This document shows, piece by piece, positions 59,392 to 64,000 of a stretch of 64,000 nt of DNA. The notes below the pieces were generated by a model, which ran no database searches, was not told where the DNA came from, and saw nothing but the letters and a program-made list of their open reading frames with translations. A program made the translations under genes and the position numbers. The stretch covers positions 192,001 through 256,000 of the forward strand of contig JBBRLQ010000007.1 of NCBI GenBank assembly GCA_038231275.1. The letters are read 5' to 3'. Position 1 is the first letter of the stretch. Every line of letters begins with the position of its first letter. The DNA is from Polyangiales bacterium (GTDB taxonomy: Bacteria > Myxococcota_A > Polyangia > Polyangiales > Polyangiaceae).

Positions 59392-59985
59392 TTGGCAGCA
59401 GGCAAGAAGAGGGGCGAATCGGGGCGTCCGAAGATCCGGTCGTCGCACGGCAGCATCCACGGGCGCGGGGTCGAGGCGAGCCCGCCCGCGCGCGGGACCA
59501 AGCCGCGGCCGAAGCGTGCCGCCGCTCTCCCGCGCCCGGCGCCGGCAGGCCCCAGCGGCGGCCCCCGCGCCAAGAAGGCGCGCCCCGCAGGCGGAGCCTC
59601 GCCGAGCACCTCCCTCGCGAGCGACTCCTCGCGTGAGCTCGCGGTCGCGATCGCCGTCGCCGCCCTCGACAAGAAGGCTGTCGGGCTGGAGGTCTTGGAC
59701 GTCGCCGGCAAGGTCGACTACGCGGACTTCCTCGTGCTCATGACGGGCCGGAGCGATCGCCAGGTCGCGGCCCTCGCGCAAGGCATCGAGGAGGCGCTGC
59801 GCAAGATCGGCAAGCGCCCCATGAGCGTCGAGGGTCTCCCCCACGGCAACTGGGTCCTGATGGACTTCGGGGACGTCGTCGTCCACGTTTTCCAAGACGA
59901 CGCGCGCAGCCTCTACGACATCGAGGGGCTCTGGATGGATGCGCGGCGCATCCCCGTGCCGATTCCCGACACGATGCGCGACTGA
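59392..59985 (+). CDS. rsfS: Ribosome silencing factor with basic N-terminal extension
   Basis: ALDKKA..LDV....YADFLVLMTGRSDRQV...VEG...GNWVLMDFGDVVVHVF...R..YDIEGLW; TTG 59392 after GAAAGGA. Confidence 0.88.
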   Translation: MAAGKKRGESGRPKIRSSHGSIHGRGVEASPPARGTKPRPKRAAALPRPAPAGPSGGPRAKKARPAGGASPSTSLASDSSRELAVAIAVAALDKKAVGLEVLDVAGKVDYADFLVLMTGRSDRQVAALAQGIEEALRKIGKRPMSVEGLPHGNWVLMDFGDVVVHVFQDDARSLYDIEGLWMDARRIPVPIPDTMRD

Positions 59986-59996
59986 TACCGTCGGGT

Positions 59997-61634
59997 ATGG
60001 GGAACGCCGGGGGCTCGCGGGGGCGCGGCTCGCTGCTCTTCGCGGAGCTCGACGCGGAGCTGCTCGTGTTCGAGCGCGCGGCGACCCGTGTGGAGCAGGG
60101 CTTCTCCGTCGTGGGTCTGTGCATGGCGGCGTACGTCGGCCTCTTCGTCGCGCCGCAGATGGGCCGCGCGCTCGCGATCGGCGCCACGTGCGTGCTCGCG
60201 TGGTTCACGGTGGCCAACCAGATGCTGACGCGAAAGCGGGCGGTGCCGTTCTTCTCGCGCGCGAACCCGATCGTCGAGCTGCTCCTCCCGGGGGCCACGC
60301 TCGTCGTCATCGCGCGCACGCAAGGCGCCGCCTATGCGCTGGGCTCGTGGGTACCGCCGCTCATGTTCGCGCTGCTGGTGATGCTCGCGACCTTTCGCCT
60401 GAAGCCGACCCTCCCGCTCCTCGCGGGCGTCCTCGGGGGCGCGGAGTACTTGCTCGTGTACTTCTTCTTCGTGCGCACCGAGCCGTCGCTCGGTTTCCTG
60501 GACGGCGCGCTCTACCGCGTGCCGATGCAGGTGGTGCGCGCCGCGTCGATCGTCGTCTTCGGCGCGATCGGATCCTTCGCGAGCGCGGGCCTCCGGAACG
60601 CCGTCGGCAACGCCGCTCGCAAAGAGCGCGCGCGCGATCTCTTCGGAAAGTACCGCATCGGCGCGCGCATCGCCGGCGGCGGGATGGGGACCGTCTACGA
60701 AGCGCTCTACTGCCCAGAGGGAGGCTTCGAGCGCAAGGTGGCGATCAAGCGCATCCACCCGCACCTCGCGATGGACGCGCGCTTCGTCACCGGCTTTCGC
60801 AACGAGGCGGAGCTGTGCGCCCGGCTCGCGCATCCCAACATCGTCGCGGTGCTCGACTTTGGTCTCGTCGACGACACGTATTTTCTGGCCATGGAATACG
60901 TCGACGGCATCGATCTCCTGCGCGTGCGCAAGCGGTGCAAGGCGGCCGGCATCGCGATCCCCTCGTCGATCGTGGCGCTCATCGGGCGCGAGGTGTGCGA
61001 GGGCCTCTCCTACGCGCACGAGCGCGCGGTCGACGGCTCCGGAAAACCGCTCCGCGTCGTGCACCGCGATCTGAACCCCGCGAACGTGCTCGTGTCCCGC
61101 ACCGGCCAGATCAAAATCTCCGATTTTGGCGTCGCCAAGGCGCTCGGCGAGTCGAAGAGCCACGAGACGCGCAACTTCGTCGGCAAGATGCCGTACCTCG
61201 CGCCGGAGCAGGCGCGCGGCGAGGCGTTCGACGCGCGCGCCGACCTGTTCGCGGTGGGGCTCCTCGTCTGGGAGCTTCTCTGCCTCTATCCGACGTTCCA
61301 GCGCGAGACCGACGCGCAGACGCTGCTCGGCGTGATGAACACCGTCGCGCCACCGCCATCGAGTGTCCGCGCGGAGCTGGCGGGCGGACCGTGGGACGCC
61401 TTCTGCGCGAAGGCGCTCGCGCCCGATCCGGAGCGCCGCTTCCAGACTGCCGGGGAGATGAGCATGGCGTTGGCGCGCCTGCTCGAGCTGGAGGGCGTGC
61501 CGAAGCTCGACGAGATGGCGACGTTCCTCCGGAAGGTCGAAGAAGCTCCGGATGCGCCTGTCGCCGAGGCGTCCGCGCCGGAGACGAACCTCGAGATGGA
61601 CGCGCCGACGGTCAAAGAGCCGCGCAGCGAATGA
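59997..61634 (+). CDS. Ser/Thr kinase with N-terminal multi-pass membrane domain
   Basis: About 6 TM helices, then IAGGGMGTVY, VAIK, HRDLNPAN, DFGVAK, YLAPEQ. Confidence 0.92.
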   Translation: MGNAGGSRGRGSLLFAELDAELLVFERAATRVEQGFSVVGLCMAAYVGLFVAPQMGRALAIGATCVLAWFTVANQMLTRKRAVPFFSRANPIVELLLPGATLVVIARTQGAAYALGSWVPPLMFALLVMLATFRLKPTLPLLAGVLGGAEYLLVYFFFVRTEPSLGFLDGALYRVPMQVVRAASIVVFGAIGSFASAGLRNAVGNAARKERARDLFGKYRIGARIAGGGMGTVYEALYCPEGGFERKVAIKRIHPHLAMDARFVTGFRNEAELCARLAHPNIVAVLDFGLVDDTYFLAMEYVDGIDLLRVRKRCKAAGIAIPSSIVALIGREVCEGLSYAHERAVDGSGKPLRVVHRDLNPANVLVSRTGQIKISDFGVAKALGESKSHETRNFVGKMPYLAPEQARGEAFDARADLFAVGLLVWELLCLYPTFQRETDAQTLLGVMNTVAPPPSSVRAELAGGPWDAFCAKALAPDPERRFQTAGEMSMALARLLELEGVPKLDEMATFLRKVEEAPDAPVAEASAPETNLEMDAPTVKEPRSE

Positions 61635-61655
61635 CGCCGATTCGGCGCGCTCGTT

Positions 61656-62381
61656 TCAGAGGTAGCCGCCGAGGCCGAGCCAAAGCTGCACGGCGAAAAG
61701 GCCGCCCTTGAGATCCGACGACGACGACGTCGACCCGTTGCCATTCGTTTGGGACGCGCTCGCTGTCACCGTGTAATCGAGCCCCAAGCCTCCGAGGAGG
61801 TTGAACGATCGCGTGGCGCGGTACGCCAGCACGCCTTCGCCCGACAGCGCCATCGCGAAGACGCCGGCCGATCCGTTGCCCGACCCCTGCGAGAGCGATC
61901 CGCCGGCGAGCGTGACGCCCGCGCGCGGCGTGAAGTCGAGCGAGGGACTCACCGGGATGCGGTACCCCACGCGAGGCGTGAGCGTGTAGATGAAGAGCGA
62001 GCCGACGTCTTGCGTGGTCGTCGTCTTGTTGCCGTTCACGGAGTTCGCCGTGGTCGCCGACAAGGAGAAGCGCCCCATGCTGACGCCGCCACCGAGCGTG
62101 AAACCGCCGTCGAAGATGTAGTCGAAGCCGACGCGCGGCGCCGAGTACGGGTTGGGGTTCACGCCGCCGATGCCGAACGCGGTCAGGGAGACGGCGTCGT
62201 CGGTGTCCTTCGCGAAGAGCTTCGTGTAGCCGACGCCGCCGACGCGCTCGAGGGCGAGGCTGAAGTGCGGCGCGGCCTCTCCTTCGGCGGCGTATGCGCT
62301 GGACGCGGAGACGCCGAAGGAGAGAAGGAGCGCGGCGAGGGGAGTGGAGAGCGCGATGAAGCGGCGTAGGGAAGGCGTCAT
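61656..62381 (-). CDS. Putative outer-membrane beta-barrel protein
   Basis: Signal peptide; LERVGG, PRVGFDY, TPRVGY; ends GLGGYL. Confidence 0.75.
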   Translation of the reverse strand: MTPSLRRFIALSTPLAALLLSFGVSASSAYAAEGEAAPHFSLALERVGGVGYTKLFAKDTDDAVSLTAFGIGGVNPNPYSAPRVGFDYIFDGGFTLGGGVSMGRFSLSATTANSVNGNKTTTTQDVGSLFIYTLTPRVGYRIPVSPSLDFTPRAGVTLAGGSLSQGSGNGSAGVFAMALSGEGVLAYRATRSFNLLGGLGLDYTVTASASQTNGNGSTSSSSDLKGGLFAVQLWLGLGGYL

Positions 62382-62393
62382 CCAACCAGGAAT

Positions 62394-62409
62394 AGCACGG
62401 CGTATGCCG
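62394..62409 (-). promoter_or_regulatory. Possible sigma54 promoter
   Basis: Minus strand CGGCAT-ACGCC-GTGCT just upstream of ATG 62381; also part of the palindrome GCACGGC..GCCGTGC. Confidence 0.4.
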
Positions 62410-62516
62410 TGCCTCGCGCGAGCCTATTCCTTGGTTTTCGCGCGCGGTACGCTCGCTGTCCATGGCGAGCCGGGCCGCGGGAGTGTGCCTGCGGCTTCAC
62501 AGCCCGCGTCGATCGC

Positions 62517-63146
62517 TCAGGCCTGCGGGAAGCGACCGGGCGGCAGGGGCGGCGCGACTTGGCCACCGAACTGCTGCGACTGCGGCCCCGACGCCGGCGG
62601 CACCGAGGTGTACCCCGGCGCGTTCTGCGGCGGGTAGTACGACTGGGGCTGAACCGACGCCGGCGGCAGCATCTGCGCAGCCTGCGCGCCGAAGACACCG
62701 GCGGGCGCCTGCTGGCCCATGCGCCCGCGCTGCGAGGCGAACGCGCCGACGCACGCCTTCGCGCCCGCCATGTTCTGGCGCATCGGCGCGAGGAGGCCGA
62801 AGAACTGGTTCGGGACCTTCATCGTGAGGTTGATCGGGCCCGACTGGGTCTGGCCACGGAGGCGGATCTTCTTCGCGAAGATTCCCTTCATGACCATCTC
62901 CTGCACGTTGCTCCACGGGATCGACTCGACGGCGCGGAGGCTCTGCGCCTGGTGCAGCCACGTCATTCTGTGATCGAGAAGGATGACGCGCCGGTCCGTC
63001 GCCAGGACCAGGTAGGTCCGATTGATGAATCCAAAGGACCACCACGGCATGTAGCGGGTGACCGTCTTGCCGGTGAGCTGCTCACCCGGTTCGAGGACGC
63101 CACGCGCGAGGAGCTCCACCTGAAGATCGCTGAAATACGAGTACAT
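62517..63146 (-). CDS. Hypothetical protein, bacterial PH-like domain with Pro/Gln-rich tail
   Basis: RBS GGAGG, ATG 63146; LEPGEQL...YLVLATDRRVILL...SIPWSNVQ. Confidence 0.7.
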   Translation of the reverse strand: MYSYFSDLQVELLARGVLEPGEQLTGKTVTRYMPWWSFGFINRTYLVLATDRRVILLDHRMTWLHQAQSLRAVESIPWSNVQEMVMKGIFAKKIRLRGQTQSGPINLTMKVPNQFFGLLAPMRQNMAGAKACVGAFASQRGRMGQQAPAGVFGAQAAQMLPPASVQPQSYYPPQNAPGYTSVPPASGPQSQQFGGQVAPPLPPGRFPQA

Positions 63147-63239
63147 TGAGTGCCTCCGTCCGGGCATCTCATACGTAGCGAGGCGAAAAGCCTTCCCGCC
63201 GACGAGCCCGTTTTTTTTCCAACGCCGCGGGCGACGCAC

Positions 63240-63377
63240 GGCGTGGTGGGCTTGCCCGTCCCTCGCCCCGCCGGGGGTTCGCGGTGACGCGCCGGCGACG
63301 TTTTGTTCGCGGGGAGCAGTGGCGCCGGCGCGCACGCTCAGCGGGGCGAGGGACGGGCAAGCCCACCACGCCTTTTT
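63240..63377 (+). repeat. Rod-hairpin element copy A (32-bp perfect inverted repeat around a 69-nt core, then T5)
   Basis: 63240-63271 is the exact reverse complement of 63341-63372; inner stem CGCGCCGGCG/CGCCGGCGCG. Confidence 0.85.
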
Positions 63378-63467
63378 GCGGGATCGGGTGGGCGTGGGAG
63401 GTGGCGTCGGGGAGGTCGCGGGTGAGCCGGCTTCGTTGTTGCCCTAGATGAAAACCTCCCAATTCCC

Positions 63468-63608
63468 AAAAGGCTCGGTGGGCTCGCCCCTCTTCTTCGC
63501 CACGCTGAGCGTACGCGCCGGCGCCACTGCTCCCCGCGGACAAAGCATCGCCGGCGCGTCCCCACGAACCCCCGGCGTGGCGAAGAAGAGGGGCGAGCCC
63601 ACCGAGCC
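63468..63608 (-). repeat. Rod-hairpin element copy B, inverted (34-bp perfect inverted repeat around a 69-nt core, then T4)
   Basis: 63472-63505 is the exact reverse complement of 63575-63608; core matches copy A at 63/69 nt in the opposite orientation. Confidence 0.85.
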
Positions 63609-63640
63609 GTGCGTGTGCGGTGGAAGGACGATTCTGCCGA

Positions 63641-64000
63641 CTACCCACCGGTCATCAGCGTCGCCATGTCCTCGTCGAACGTCGCGAGGATGTGCGCGAT
63701 CGTCTTGCCGCGCAGGCGCTTCTTCGTCGCGTGGTATGCGGGGCGCGAGAGGGCGCCCATCTTTGCGGCTTCGTCCTTGGCGCGTGCGAGCACCTCGGCG
63801 GCGGGGACGACGGCGTCGAGGTAGCCGACGCGCGCGGCTTCGTCGGGATCGTAGATGTTGGCGCGGAGGGTCGCGCGGGCGAGCTCGGTGCTGAGGAGGC
63901 GATCGCGGGCGAGCTCCATCGCGAGGATGGGGACGGGGAGGCCGATGCTGACCTCGTTGAGGCCGATGCGGAACGCGCCCGATGCGCCGACGCGCAGATC
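63641..64000 (-). CDS. Enoyl-CoA hydratase/isomerase (crotonase family), 3' part
   Basis: DLRVGASGAFRIGLNEVSIGLPVP...YDPDEAARVGYLDAVV; extends off the right edge. Confidence 0.85.
   Translation of the reverse strand, partial: DLRVGASGAFRIGLNEVSIGLPVPILAMELARDRLLSTELARATLRANIYDPDEAARVGYLDAVVPAAEVLARAKDEAAKMGALSRPAYHATKKRLRGKTIAHILATFDEDMATLMTGG

Noticed and set aside
63380-63398. G-quadruplex pattern GGGATCGGGTGGGCGTGGG
   Set aside because: Expected by chance at this GC content; no supporting evidence.
63240-63608. 6S RNA, SRP RNA, tRNA or CRISPR identity for the hairpin pair
   Set aside because: Two inverted copies with perfect stems; no SRP GNRA-loop motif, cloverleaf or repeat-spacer pattern recognised; no cas or RT gene in the window.

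Overview
High-GC window from a myxobacterium. Polyangiaceae/Labilithrix-like affinity is inferred from the many Cys-rich lipoproteins, Hanks kinases, TPR-PEGA proteins and the FHA-sigma54 activator. About 58 genes. Housekeeping: yhbY, hemW, rel/spoT, trmFO, plsB, thrC, proA, rsfS, mce, an M16 peptidase pair and a partial crotonase. Also present: secreted enzymes (phospholipase D, multicopper oxidase, MepA-like endopeptidase), an amidase, signalling modules (3 Ser/Thr kinases, ECF sigma/anti-sigma, FHA-sigma54 activator), an orphan DNA methyltransferase and mcd/mch-like ethylmalonyl-CoA-pathway genes. No rRNA, tRNA, CRISPR array, transposase or phage gene was recognised. Most notable: (1) two ~135-nt rod-hairpin elements in inverted orientation at 63240-63608, with perfect 32/34-bp stems that co-vary between copies around a conserved 69-nt core; (2) a sigma54-preceded lipoprotein with four 6-Cys repeats whose Cys/Trp spacing matches the animal APP copper-binding domain; (3) a Notch-like 9xEGF lipoprotein with a compositionally distinct C-terminal module; (4) a ferritin-like di-iron + two-glycosyltransferase cassette behind PHO-box-like 11-bp repeats; (5) a REP-like mini-hairpin found both intergenically and in-frame within a gene; (6) four TPR(-PEGA)/hydrophobic-hairpin/terminal-Phe genes coupled to lipoproteins or kinases. 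All calls come from motif reading by eye, without database searches. Many start codons were moved from the ORF track.
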